From an uncultured Thermococci archaeon (GTDB taxonomy: Archaea > CAYQAE01 > CAYVLA01), in assembly GCA_964549615.1 (NCBI GenBank), contig CAZJVP010000020.1, forward strand, positions 96,001 to 160,000: DNA of 64,000 nucleotides, in the 5' to 3' direction. This document shows positions 19,626 through 29,956 of the stretch, piece after piece. A program made the translations under genes and the position numbers. Each line of letters opens with the position of its first letter. Position 1 is the first letter of the stretch. The notes below the pieces were generated by a model, which saw only the letters and a list, made by a program, of their open reading frames with translations, ran no database searches and was not told the origin of the DNA.

Positions 19626-20470
19626 TGCTTCACCCCCCTCTGCATCGGGTCCATCAACACGGCCTCCAGCGCGCCGTCGCAGTAGCCGGTGACCAGCTCA
19701 ATCAGGTATCTCTCGGGCGCCCAGGTCACGATCTGACGGAGGCCGTCTTCCGGGATATCGATCGTGAAGGATACCGAGAACCTTTCGTCTCTCTTAACGG
19801 CCTCGAAAACGAGGACGCCGTCCGCGGGCGCCTCCGATATGCGCGGCAATTGTTTCAGCATGGTGCCGGGCCTGACGTACTCCTTCTTCTCAGTGCCCCG
19901 AGAGATCGTGAGGTACTGCAGGCTCCGCTCCGGCTCCATGAAGAACCCGGGGTAGCCCTCAAAGTAGCGCACCTGGTCGCCCCTCACGAGCATCGCAAAG
20001 ACGAGCGGCAGCTTTGACATCATGGACCTATTGTTGAATGCCTCAAGGAACCTGGAGAAATCCGCGATCGTGGCTCTGTACCTAGTCCCGTTCAGTTCGG
20101 CGTCCCTTTCGATGATTTCGGCATATCCTCCCAACGCCGCCACGTAGCTTTCGAGCTTGGCAACGTTAGGTAGGTCACGTAGGTCCACCGATCCGGAGGC
20201 GTTCGCGCCAAGATCCTTCTCGTACAGGGACGAGAAGCGCAGCTCCACCCTCTCGAAGTCTCTCGTTGCCATGAAGGAAAACGACAGCTCGCTGTCAAGA
20301 CCCATGGCTTGCGCGCGCTTGACCAGCGCCAGGGGATACTCGTTCGCGAGCACCAACAACGCGTCCTCTTCCTTCGGCTTCACGATCGTGGCCACAAGCA
20401 GCGTGGAAAGTATCACGGATGAGGCGATTATGGCCCCAAGACGTGGATCAATCCTCGGCAAGTTCGCCAT
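19622..20470 (-). CDS. Hypothetical protein with N-terminal membrane anchor
   Basis: Single N-terminal TM; 4-bp overlap with the downstream gene; GGAGG SD. Confidence 0.7.
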   Translation of the reverse strand: MANLPRIDPRLGAIIASSVILSTLLVATIVKPKEEDALLVLANEYPLALVKRAQAMGLDSELSFSFMATRDFERVELRFSSLYEKDLGANASGSVDLRDLPNVAKLESYVAALGGYAEIIERDAELNGTRYRATIADFSRFLEAFNNRSMMSKLPLVFAMLVRGDQVRYFEGYPGFFMEPERSLQYLTISRGTEKKEYVRPGTMLKQLPRISEAPADGVLVFEAVKRDERFSVSFTIDIPEDGLRQIVTWAPERYLIELVTGYCDGALEAVLMDPMQRGVKQ

Positions 20471-20492
20471 CCTCCTAGACCCGAACCCTAGC

Positions 20493-21725
20493 TCACACCC
20501 TCTCAAGCCGCGTGAGTCGAACTTCGGCATACATCTTCCTACGGACCATCAGCGTATAAAGCAGGAAGCCGCACAGCAGGAACGTTCCCGTCACGGAAGC
20601 CCACTCGATCAGATAGACGTTGAAGAGCGCCTTCCTCGCCAGCGCCCTCGCCTCGTCCACCTTCTCGTTGACGAGCCTCATGGCGTTTTCGTAGGCCTCC
20701 AGCGCGGATGCGTATTCGCCCGAGAAATAAAGCCTGTCCGCCTCAGCCCTCGCTCTATCGCAGTCGATCGCCGCAGCCGTAACGGCAGCGAAGTTGCCCC
20801 CAAAGCTGTCAACGATCTCAACCATCGAGTCAAGCGTCGAACGGACGTCCCAGTACTGCCTCGCCCTGCGCCTTATCATGTAGACGACGTCAAGATCGTC
20901 AGGAAGCCTTCTTCCCGCGGTGAACATCACCATGTTTATGGCGAAGTCCGGGTAGTACTCCCAGGTCATGAAGATCATCCCCCCGGCAGGAGTCCAATCC
21001 GTGGTCATCGAGAAGCCCCTTCCCTTGCCGACATCCCACCAAGCCAGGTGCGGTATCCTTCCGTAGCTGAAGGTCTCACCCTCGGCGACTAGGTGCGAGG
21101 TTTGCTTCAGCACCGTGAGGTGCCCCTCGCTGAAGACGCCCTTCGTCCCCAGCGTATCCCACGGCAGGCTCTTTCCGAACTCGCCCTCGCGGTCAACGAT
21201 GACCATCCGGATTGATTGGTCGCAGTACCGGTGATCCAGCATTTCGACCGGCAGTACCTCGGCCACGGTCGTGGTGCTCCAGCTTGGCATCACCGTTCCC
21301 CTCCCCTCGTAGCTCTCGGCGCCGCCTATCATGATGATGCCAAGCCCGCTATCTGTGACGGCCTCGCTCATCCAGCTTATCTCAGCTGGCCTGAAGACGT
21401 CCTTGTTCGCATCGCTGAGGATTATGACGTCGAAGCCGTTCTTCAGCCGATCGGGAGTTCGTGGCATGTAATACCTCATCTGCTTGTTGATGAGATCATA
21501 GGTGGCGTGGAAGGTGCAGGCCGTGACGGGGGTGGCGACGAAGCTCGGCTCCAGTTTCATATAGGGAAAAGGGCTTCTGGCGGTGATCGCATCCCCCAGA
21601 TACAAGACTCGAATCTTGCCGGTCTGGGGATCGGACCTCATCTCCCTGGCCTGGCTTCCGCTTGTCGCCAGCATCAGGACACATGCCAAAGTAAGTCCGG
21701 TTGCCAGACTCCTTTGCACGGGCAT
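20493..21725 (-). CDS. Exported GATase1-like (DUF1355-type) protein with helical stalk and C-terminal TM anchor (paralog family copy 2)
   Basis: Signal peptide, RSDPQTGKIRVLYLGD, FDVIILSDA, GIIMIGGAESY, VAEVLPVEM, C-terminal EW..VTGT..LMVRRK. Confidence 0.78.
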   Translation of the reverse strand: MPVQRSLATGLTLACVLMLATSGSQAREMRSDPQTGKIRVLYLGDAITARSPFPYMKLEPSFVATPVTACTFHATYDLINKQMRYYMPRTPDRLKNGFDVIILSDANKDVFRPAEISWMSEAVTDSGLGIIMIGGAESYEGRGTVMPSWSTTTVAEVLPVEMLDHRYCDQSIRMVIVDREGEFGKSLPWDTLGTKGVFSEGHLTVLKQTSHLVAEGETFSYGRIPHLAWWDVGKGRGFSMTTDWTPAGGMIFMTWEYYPDFAINMVMFTAGRRLPDDLDVVYMIRRRARQYWDVRSTLDSMVEIVDSFGGNFAAVTAAAIDCDRARAEADRLYFSGEYASALEAYENAMRLVNEKVDEARALARKALFNVYLIEWASVTGTFLLCGFLLYTLMVRRKMYAEVRLTRLERV

Positions 21726-21741
21726 GGTTTGGGACGGATCC

Positions 21742-21755
21742 TGGATATATATCCA
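21742..21755. promoter_or_regulatory. 14-bp perfect palindrome containing the TATA box of the 21725 gene
   Basis: TGGATATATATCCA is self-complementary and lies 17-30 bp upstream of the ATG. Confidence 0.5.
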
Positions 21756-22297
21756 ACCCCTGAAGCCCGGAACCCAAGCCCGTCCGAAGTTGCAAGGAAA
21801 GGGCGCGATCAACCCGGTAGGTTGCGATTTGCCGAAGCCGGCTGCACATCGAGGTTGTCCGCCATGAGGTTCTGCCCGGATGCTTACACAGTCCACATTC
21901 CGTACGTACCGGGGAATAGCAGACTGTCCGGATTACAAACTCCCTTTGGGGAGGTTAGGTAGGGCGTCTCTGCAAACGGTTGCGCCTGGACCTGAGGATC
22001 CGAGCTGGCGGTTGCCCCGGCAAGAGGTGCACCACGCGGCACATTGGCTTCGACCTTCTTCCGACGTATCTCATAAGGGCTTAGCGGCCATTTGCCTTAG
22101 AGTTCCTCGATGGACACCTCCAACTTGGCAATTCTCGCAGCGTGGGTGAACGGTGACCCACGCCTAAGGGGCTGGCGACCGATGATTTCCTACGTGACCG
22201 CCACAGGCGTGCCGATTCTTGTGCCGCAGAAGTTGCGGACGAGTTCTGCGTCTACTGGAGGGTGTTGCCCTCCGTCCGTGGCCTGAACGCCACAGGA

Positions 22298-22788
22298 CCG
22301 ATATGATGGCGAACGTCGTGCTGTATTCGCTCGACCTGCCGTTGGTCTTAGACGTTCGCGCAAGACGCGAGGCCGGCTTCCCATGTCAGACCTCAGAGCC
22401 CAGGAATCGCTGGTGGCCTCCATGATTGAGTACGCCGAGAAGTTCGGAGCCAACACCGTTCCGCTATCCGAGCGGGTCTCGAAGTCGGGCGCCGAGATGG
22501 GAACCGCCAAGCAGCACTATCTTGATCAGGAGTACGACAGCGCGATCACATCATGGACTCGATAACCTCGGCGATGGCCGAATAACCAGGGAAGCCGTGG
22601 ATTTGAAGAACGCGGCGATGCGGTGGGTTTTTCTGTCCGAGTGGCTGGTCGTCACGGGGACTTTCTGCATTTCCGGCATCTCTGTGTGGAGCCTTATGGT
22701 TCGTCGGAAGGCCTACAGGGCCGCCGCCACCACCCGCGTTTCCCCTGCGTACAGAGGCAGGGGGATATGGTCTGAGGAGAAGCGGTAG
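22298..22788 (+). pseudogene. Frameshifted 3' remnant of the exported GATase-like paralog family (copy 3)
   Basis: Homology is split over three ORFs: DMMANVVLYSLDLP / SLVASMIEYAEKFGAN...HYLDQEY / EAVDLKNAAMRWVFLSEWLVVTGT...LMVRRKAYR; no N-terminal domain recognisable. Confidence 0.8.
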
Positions 22789-22789
22789 G

Positions 22790-23626
22790 TCAAGGCGGCC
22801 TTCTCCGGTAGTAGAAGGGTGGAGGCTTCTTCCTCTCCTCCTCCAGAAATGCTAGGATCCCGTCCGCGCCCCCTCCCGATCGCGCCAACACAGCCAGACG
22901 CCCATCAAGCCTTCCGACGTCCAAGACCGCGGCGGACGCGGGGTTGAAGCGCTCAAGCTCCTCGTCAGCCAAAGGCTGTGCTATCAGACCCGTGGCTTCA
23001 TGTAGAGAGAAGGGCAACCTCTGTACCCCTTGGCTGGTGCCATAGTAGCGCTTCGGATGCATGACGCACCTCAACAGGTCCTCGGGGCACTGCTCGCCCG
23101 CCTTCCGGATCAGAAAGTGCTTAAGGTTTAGAAACAGCCTAGGGGCGACTGCCAGGAAGGGCCGTCCGTCGATCCGGTCAGGGAAGGCCGACGATGGGAT
23201 GTGGACGTGAAAGCCGCTGGAACCACTGAACTTGACCCAGTGAGGGACATCCAATTCCTCGAGGACGCCCGCGATGGATGCGGCGACCCTTCGCGCCGGC
23301 TCCAGGGATGTCCTGCCATCTATGTCCAAGAAGAAGTTGAAGGAGTCCTTTGTGCCCTCATCGCCGAACTGGGATGGCGGCCTCGCGTAGCCCGCGTGCG
23401 TCGCATGCAATCCAGGATAGCCTTGGGAAAGCGCCGGCAGGCCTTCCAGCAGCTTTCGAAACCCTTCCCTGCTGGAAGGGAATAGAGGCTTTGTGAACGA
23501 ACTCTCGATCTCGTCTTTCGCATAGTTGACAACGATGCCCCTTCCCCTAGCCACCCGGAACATCGCTTCTAGGATCTCAGCCGTACTGGCTAGGTATGAG
23601 TAGGGACCCTGGCCCAAATTCGGCAA
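22790..23626 (-). CDS. Archaeo-eukaryotic primase (AEP) superfamily catalytic domain protein
   Basis: Motif I FFLDID, motif II KFSGSSGFHVHI, RLPFSLH; GGAGGT SD before TTG. Confidence 0.8.
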   Translation of the reverse strand: MPNLGQGPYSYLASTAEILEAMFRVARGRGIVVNYAKDEIESSFTKPLFPSSREGFRKLLEGLPALSQGYPGLHATHAGYARPPSQFGDEGTKDSFNFFLDIDGRTSLEPARRVAASIAGVLEELDVPHWVKFSGSSGFHVHIPSSAFPDRIDGRPFLAVAPRLFLNLKHFLIRKAGEQCPEDLLRCVMHPKRYYGTSQGVQRLPFSLHEATGLIAQPLADEELERFNPASAAVLDVGRLDGRLAVLARSGGGADGILAFLEEERKKPPPFYYRRRPP

Positions 23627-23709
23627 GGGTCAGACCTCCCCTTCCTCCTGAATAGCAGGCCAGCTAAAAAAATGCTGACCTGTGCTCCGCTCTCCGCACT
23701 CCTAGCGCA

Positions 23710-24765
<1,056 letters not shown>

Positions 24766-24990
24766 TCATCGACCACGGGCTGCGAGCGGCAACGATCCCT
24801 TCCCCCAAACGCACCTCGATTCCTGCGCCGTCACTCCTCTTCGGAGATTCGACTCCGACGTCCTCAGCGGGACAGCCTCTCAGGGGTGCAGAAGCCAACC
24901 ACGGGCATAGGGACGGGACCCAGACGGGCGGTAAGGGACCAAAGCTTGCGGCAGACGAAGACGAAGCCAAGGCCTCTCGGCACGCGATGC

Positions 24991-25989
24991 CTAGCATGCT
25001 CGCAGGCCCAGTTCTTGCTTGATCCTAACCTCAAGCATCGCTCGTACGACTTCGAAAAGCTTGCGAGTGTCAACCAAACGCACCTCGGCGCCGCCGATCA
25101 TGCCCTTGACCTGGCCGCCCCGATCGTCCAGAGGTCCATCGACCTTGCGGAAATCTCCCAGGAACTCCTTCCAAGACTCGGGCAACTCCACCCCGCAGTC
25201 ACGAACTGCCACCCACTCCGCCACGTGTATCGTTGAGTTGACGCTGTGATCGACACCGATGAGCAGTATCTTTCCCCCCGCCTCCATCATCCTGTAAAGC
25301 GGATGATCCTCAAGCCTCTGTCCGGGTCTGTTGTCGTGTCCCTCCAGGATTCTGTTCGCCAGCTTCCCCCAGGCCGCAAATGAGCCTGAGTACTGGTGGC
25401 TCCTGATGGTCCCGGGACGCCGCCAGAAGGTGTCAGGAATGATTCCGGTCCAGGCCGGCATCCTCCATGGCCTAACTTCTTCGGCAGGAAGGGGCGGAGC
25501 ATTCCGGACGAGCTTGACGTCGGTCGAGCCCGTGAAAGTCGAACCCTCGAAGTGCATCTCCCATCCGTTCCGGTCCATGATGCGCTTCCTCTCGCCCAGA
25601 AAACGCCGGTAGAGGTCTTCCACGGACGCGAACGGATACCTGATTCCGGCCTCCTCGGATATGGCCTTGAGCCGCTGCCACAAGGCTACTGCCTTGCCCT
25701 CGAAAACTATCCCTCGTCCGGAGCCTTCGGAGCCATTGATCCCGGCTTGGAGAGCAAGGGCCTCCAAGAAGTAGATCAGCTCCCCGCTGTAGGTTGGCAT
25801 AACCAGAGTTCCCTCAGGCGTCAACACTTCCTGCAGCGCATCTATCACTGCATCGGCGCCTCCCACCACGTACCCCAGACTGCTGAGGCGGCTATGGACA
25901 ACGACGTGATCCCCAGAAGCCAGCCCCATGGATCGTAGTCCCGAGGCAATTTCCTGCTTTCCGACGACCACCCCTCGCCCACCGGCCAT
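24991..25989 (-). CDS. AAC(3)/YokD family N-acetyltransferase with a large insertion
   Basis: VVVHSRLSSLGYVVGG, GTLVMPT, TGIIP, SFAAWG, GKILLIGV..NSTIHVAE. Confidence 0.85.
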   Translation of the reverse strand: MAGGRGVVVGKQEIASGLRSMGLASGDHVVVHSRLSSLGYVVGGADAVIDALQEVLTPEGTLVMPTYSGELIYFLEALALQAGINGSEGSGRGIVFEGKAVALWQRLKAISEEAGIRYPFASVEDLYRRFLGERKRIMDRNGWEMHFEGSTFTGSTDVKLVRNAPPLPAEEVRPWRMPAWTGIIPDTFWRRPGTIRSHQYSGSFAAWGKLANRILEGHDNRPGQRLEDHPLYRMMEAGGKILLIGVDHSVNSTIHVAEWVAVRDCGVELPESWKEFLGDFRKVDGPLDDRGGQVKGMIGGAEVRLVDTRKLFEVVRAMLEVRIKQELGLRAC

Positions 25990-26337
25990 CGAATCCCTGC
26001 GGGTTCAAAGCGCCATATCACTTTTTCCCCAAGACGCCAAGCCAAAGGTCGGCCGCCACCAAGATCAGGGGCACCCTCAACGAGACTAACACGGTTGCCG
26101 CTCGCGGTCATCCTCGTTCTTGCCTTTTGAGCCCTCATGCCTTACACGCGATGCTCATTGCGATGCGGATAGTCGGCATCTAGATGGCCTGCGTCTAGGA
26201 CGCGATCATGCCACTGCCCACCGACCAGCTCACCGACCGGCATCATTCTGGGGCTGCAACCTCGATCGCCATCCTTTCGTCCCCTTCGGCGCACCAGCTG
26301 CTTACCGGCTTGTGCTCAGAAACCTTGCTCTTTTGAG

Positions 26338-26691
26338 CTAGTCAGCGCGCCTTCGCATTTGACCGAAACTCGGGCCGGTGCGCACGCGCCGAGCAGGATA
26401 GATTCCGAACGTCACCGTCCCACCATCTGTGTAAGGGTCCCCGGGGTCGGGACATTGCACGTATGCTACCCCGCCATCTGGCCCCAGCCCGAGGGAGGCC
26501 GGACTCATGCCCCGGCTTAAACAGGCCAGGAACGGAAGGATGGAGCCCAACGCGTGCGAACATAGGGCGTCGCTTCTACGCAGGTCAAGCCTATACCCCT
26601 GTCGGAAAATCATTCGATCGCCGGCCTTGTAGACTGGGCAGCGCCCTCGAATCCTCTCAACCTTAACCAACAGATCGCATCCCTTCTCCAT
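26338..26691 (-). CDS. TIGR04076 family protein
   Basis: IRGRCPVYKAGD, LCSHAL, YVQCPDPG...GGTVTF. Confidence 0.85.
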   Translation of the reverse strand: MEKGCDLLVKVERIRGRCPVYKAGDRMIFRQGYRLDLRRSDALCSHALGSILPFLACLSRGMSPASLGLGPDGGVAYVQCPDPGDPYTDGGTVTFGIYPARRVRTGPSFGQMRRRAD

Positions 26692-26763
26692 GCAATTCCC
26701 CTCGCCGCCGCGCCCCAACGCGAAGCTGAAAAACGTTTTCAACCTCGGTGGCACCGGGGCTCC

Positions 26764-28071
26764 ATGAACGCGCCGTCCCTTTGTCCGAACGTCGATAGGA
26801 TTCGCACGATCCTCTCCAGCCAAGCCGTCGGAAAAGCGACGTCGATAAGGGGGTGGGTTCACCGGATCCGATGGAGCAAGAACGTGACCTTCGTGGTCGT
26901 GCGTGATCCGACGGGGATCATCCAGTGTACCGTTAAGCCAGACTGTCCCGACTTTGAGGCATCGAGGGACCTCACGATCGAATCATGCGTGGCCCTGGCC
27001 GGAGTGGTCAAAGAAGATGAGAGGGCACCGGGCGGGTTTGAAGTTTCGGTCTCCTCGCTCAAGGTCATCGGGAAGGCGCAGCCATTCCCCATAACCGAGG
27101 ACCAAAGCACTCCCTTGATCCTCGACAACAGCCATCTGTGGGTAAGGTCGCGGGAGATGACGAACGTGATGATAATCAATGACTCGGTGAACCGGGCGAT
27201 CAGGGAGTATTTCCGACAGCACGAGTTCTACCAAGTCGACCCCCCGATCCTAATAACGGCCGCGGTCGAGGGCGGATCCACCCTCTTCTCTTTGGACTAC
27301 TTCGGAATGAAGGCCTATTTGACCCAGAGCTCCCAGTTTTACCTTGAGGCCTTCATCCAGAGCTTGGAGAGGGTCTACTGCTGCGCCCCCTCCTTTAGAG
27401 CCGAGAAGTCCCGCACCCGGCGCCATCTCACCGAGTTCTGGCATCTGGAGGCCGAGGAGGCATTCTGCGACCTTTGGGGTTCGCTGAAGACGCAGGAGGA
27501 AATGATCGCACATGTCGCACAGTACGTCGCGAGGGAGAGGCCCAGAGAGCTGCGCGAGCTGGGAAGGGACCCGTCGTATCTTGATTCTATCGAAGCTCCC
27601 TTCGAGAAGATTCCCTACGACGAAGCTATCGCCATCGTCCAGAAGAAGGGACTTGAGATGGAGTACGGCCAGGACTTTGGCGTCGATCAGGAGAGGGCGC
27701 TCGTCGAAGAGTTCGATCGGCCCTTCTTCGTCCACAGCTTCCCGAGCGAGGCGAAAGCCTTCTACCACCGGCCGGACCCGAACAATCCCAAAGTCGTGCT
27801 TTGCGCCGATCTCCTCGCGCCGGAGGGAAACGGCGAGATCATCGGCGGCGGCGAGAGGATATATGAGCTCGACCTCCTGCTTCAAAGGATAGAACAGGCG
27901 GGGCTGAACCCGGCCGACTACGCTTGGTACGTGGATCTGCGGCGGTATGGCACATGCCCCCACGCGGGGTTCGGGCTGGGGGTTGCGCGGCTGGTGAAGT
28001 GGTTCTGCAAGCTCGACCACATCAGGCAGGCCGTACCGTTTCCCAGGACGATCAACCGTATCTATCCCTGA
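26764..28071 (+). CDS. asnS: Asparagine--tRNA ligase
   Basis: OB fold IRGWVHRIR, YLTQSSQFYLE, FRAEKSRTRRHLTEFW, PHAGFGLG (AsnRS rather than AspRS signatures). Confidence 0.93.
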   Translation: MNAPSLCPNVDRIRTILSSQAVGKATSIRGWVHRIRWSKNVTFVVVRDPTGIIQCTVKPDCPDFEASRDLTIESCVALAGVVKEDERAPGGFEVSVSSLKVIGKAQPFPITEDQSTPLILDNSHLWVRSREMTNVMIINDSVNRAIREYFRQHEFYQVDPPILITAAVEGGSTLFSLDYFGMKAYLTQSSQFYLEAFIQSLERVYCCAPSFRAEKSRTRRHLTEFWHLEAEEAFCDLWGSLKTQEEMIAHVAQYVARERPRELRELGRDPSYLDSIEAPFEKIPYDEAIAIVQKKGLEMEYGQDFGVDQERALVEEFDRPFFVHSFPSEAKAFYHRPDPNNPKVVLCADLLAPEGNGEIIGGGERIYELDLLLQRIEQAGLNPADYAWYVDLRRYGTCPHAGFGLGVARLVKWFCKLDHIRQAVPFPRTINRIYP

Positions 28072-28092
28072 AGACAAGTTAGGGCACGAGTC

Positions 28093-29706
28093 TTACCCAG
28101 GGCCCATCATCCCAGCCGCCTCATACGCGGACAGCCCGACCGTGTCTACGTTGGTGGCGAACCCGGGCCCGCCAGCAGCCACGTAGCCGTAGCTGGCGCC
28201 AAGCGGACTCGGTGTGATCCAGAAAGCATACAGCCGGCCCTCCTTGAGGCAAAACCGAAGCCGAACCGCCTTCCCGGCTAGGTCCGAGAGGTCCTCCCCC
28301 CCTTCCCATCGAACTTCGCGCAGGGTGGAATCGCACGAAACGGGGATACATCGGGCGAGCGAGAACGGTTCGATCACATTCCCCTTCCTGTCGAGCACTT
28401 CTACGCGGAGCTCGCCTTCCGCTGAGTCAACGTTGACGAAGAGGTGCCGTCCCTTGAACCTGACCATCCGGGTGACCAACGTGCCCCAGTCCTTGCCCGC
28501 ATCCATCGAGGCGAAGCCATCCCGTCGCAACACCGCTAGGCCCGTGCCGCATGCTCCCGACTTGGACGTGCCTCGCACCCCGGCTCGACCGCTCACGTAG
28601 AAGAAAAGCCGGTCGCCCACGACCAGGCAGCAGCCCCCAGCTGATTGAACGTTGCCCCAGTTCCAGTCACCATACCTCTCCGACACGGGGATGAACGGGG
28701 TGCGGACCGGCCGATGCCAGTGGAAACCGTCGCGGCTGAAGCCCACGACGATCTCGTTAATCTTAGGCCGGTCCGTTGGCTGGCCCCGCCAAACGCTGAA
28801 AAGCCCGAGCAACAGGCTCTCGTACGCGACGGCGTCTAGGTTGTAGAGCTCCGGCCTCGTCATCAGGCTGGGGTGCTGCAGGTCAAGGCCGTCAGCCCGC
28901 GTCCAGAGGGGAGGTTGGCCAGCTTCCCAACGGGCCCCCGCAAGAACGTCCCGGTTCTCCCAGTATCGGCGAAAACGCCCCATCGTATCGGGCTCGTAGT
29001 CTCGCAGGCTAAAGACCCAGACCCGGCGGAAAGGATTCCAGAAGACGGTCGTGCGATCGCCGCAGGGACCGCTCCGGGCCGCAGCATCGGACCAGTGGAT
29101 GCCATCCGCCGAGAAATGTATGGAGAGTCCCCAGGCGCCTTCGCGGTGGGAACGAAACATCTTGTAGCGCCGCGCCGGATCTGCCTCTTCCAGGTCCATC
29201 CATATCGTGACGGAATCCCGGTCTCCCCTATGGACGATGTTCGTGGGAGGACAAACGTCCAGCGACGGTTTTTCCCAGTGGATGCCGTCCCGCGAGACCG
29301 CATAGCAGGTCGAGCTGAAACCCGCCATGTACCACATCCTGAATGAGCTGGATTCAGGATCGTACCAGACGCCGTCGCTAAATACCATTGCAAGGGGGGA
29401 GTCGCTGTCGTTCTCCCAGAGCCTGTCAGGTTTCAGAACGGGATTGATGGGCAGATACTCCGCGGCGTGGAACGTTCGTCGGAGCGTCGTGTGCTCGATG
29501 AGAAAGTCGTCCACGAACAACTGGCGTCCGACGTCGATCGGGATGATCGCCGGAGGCCGAGCTAGGTAGGGGGGCAGCCCAGGATCCGAGGGAAGGGAAC
29601 GCCTTCCCGGCGGCCAGGTGCGGGGAAGCCGGATGCCGTTGTAGAGGGTCTGGCTTCCCGACTTGTTCGCTGTACGCACCGTTGTTCGTTTTCCCATGTC
29701 TTTCAT
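28093..29706 (-). CDS. GH32/GH43-like beta-propeller glycosidase-like protein
   Basis: GRQLFVDDFLI, Asp-box-like SRDGIHW / SADGIHW / SRDGFHW repeats, LRRDGFASM, C-terminal beta domain. Confidence 0.75.
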   Translation of the reverse strand: MKDMGKRTTVRTANKSGSQTLYNGIRLPRTWPPGRRSLPSDPGLPPYLARPPAIIPIDVGRQLFVDDFLIEHTTLRRTFHAAEYLPINPVLKPDRLWENDSDSPLAMVFSDGVWYDPESSSFRMWYMAGFSSTCYAVSRDGIHWEKPSLDVCPPTNIVHRGDRDSVTIWMDLEEADPARRYKMFRSHREGAWGLSIHFSADGIHWSDAAARSGPCGDRTTVFWNPFRRVWVFSLRDYEPDTMGRFRRYWENRDVLAGARWEAGQPPLWTRADGLDLQHPSLMTRPELYNLDAVAYESLLLGLFSVWRGQPTDRPKINEIVVGFSRDGFHWHRPVRTPFIPVSERYGDWNWGNVQSAGGCCLVVGDRLFFYVSGRAGVRGTSKSGACGTGLAVLRRDGFASMDAGKDWGTLVTRMVRFKGRHLFVNVDSAEGELRVEVLDRKGNVIEPFSLARCIPVSCDSTLREVRWEGGEDLSDLAGKAVRLRFCLKEGRLYAFWITPSPLGASYGYVAAGGPGFATNVDTVGLSAYEAAGMMGPG

Positions 29707-29956
29707 CTCGTGTGGACCGGGGCGGACCGCACAACTCCCGATAGGTCTTGCTCGGGGCAGTACGGCATCTCTGGGCGGAGACTTGCACTGCGCCCTTTTA
29801 TAACCGTTGCGCGATCAAGCGATCAAGCAGCCGGACGGTCAAGGGATGGGACCGCGGGGTTCGGGATGCGGCCGGTTTGTCGCAAGCTTCATCGAGCCGG
29901 TATCTGAACAAGGACTGCGAGCCCGAAGTTCTATGCTCAGCCTAGCAGTTTTGAGC

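Noticed and set aside
29810-29828. GCGATCAA tandem duplication near a TATA-like box
   Set aside because: Only two units; compatible with chance or slippage.
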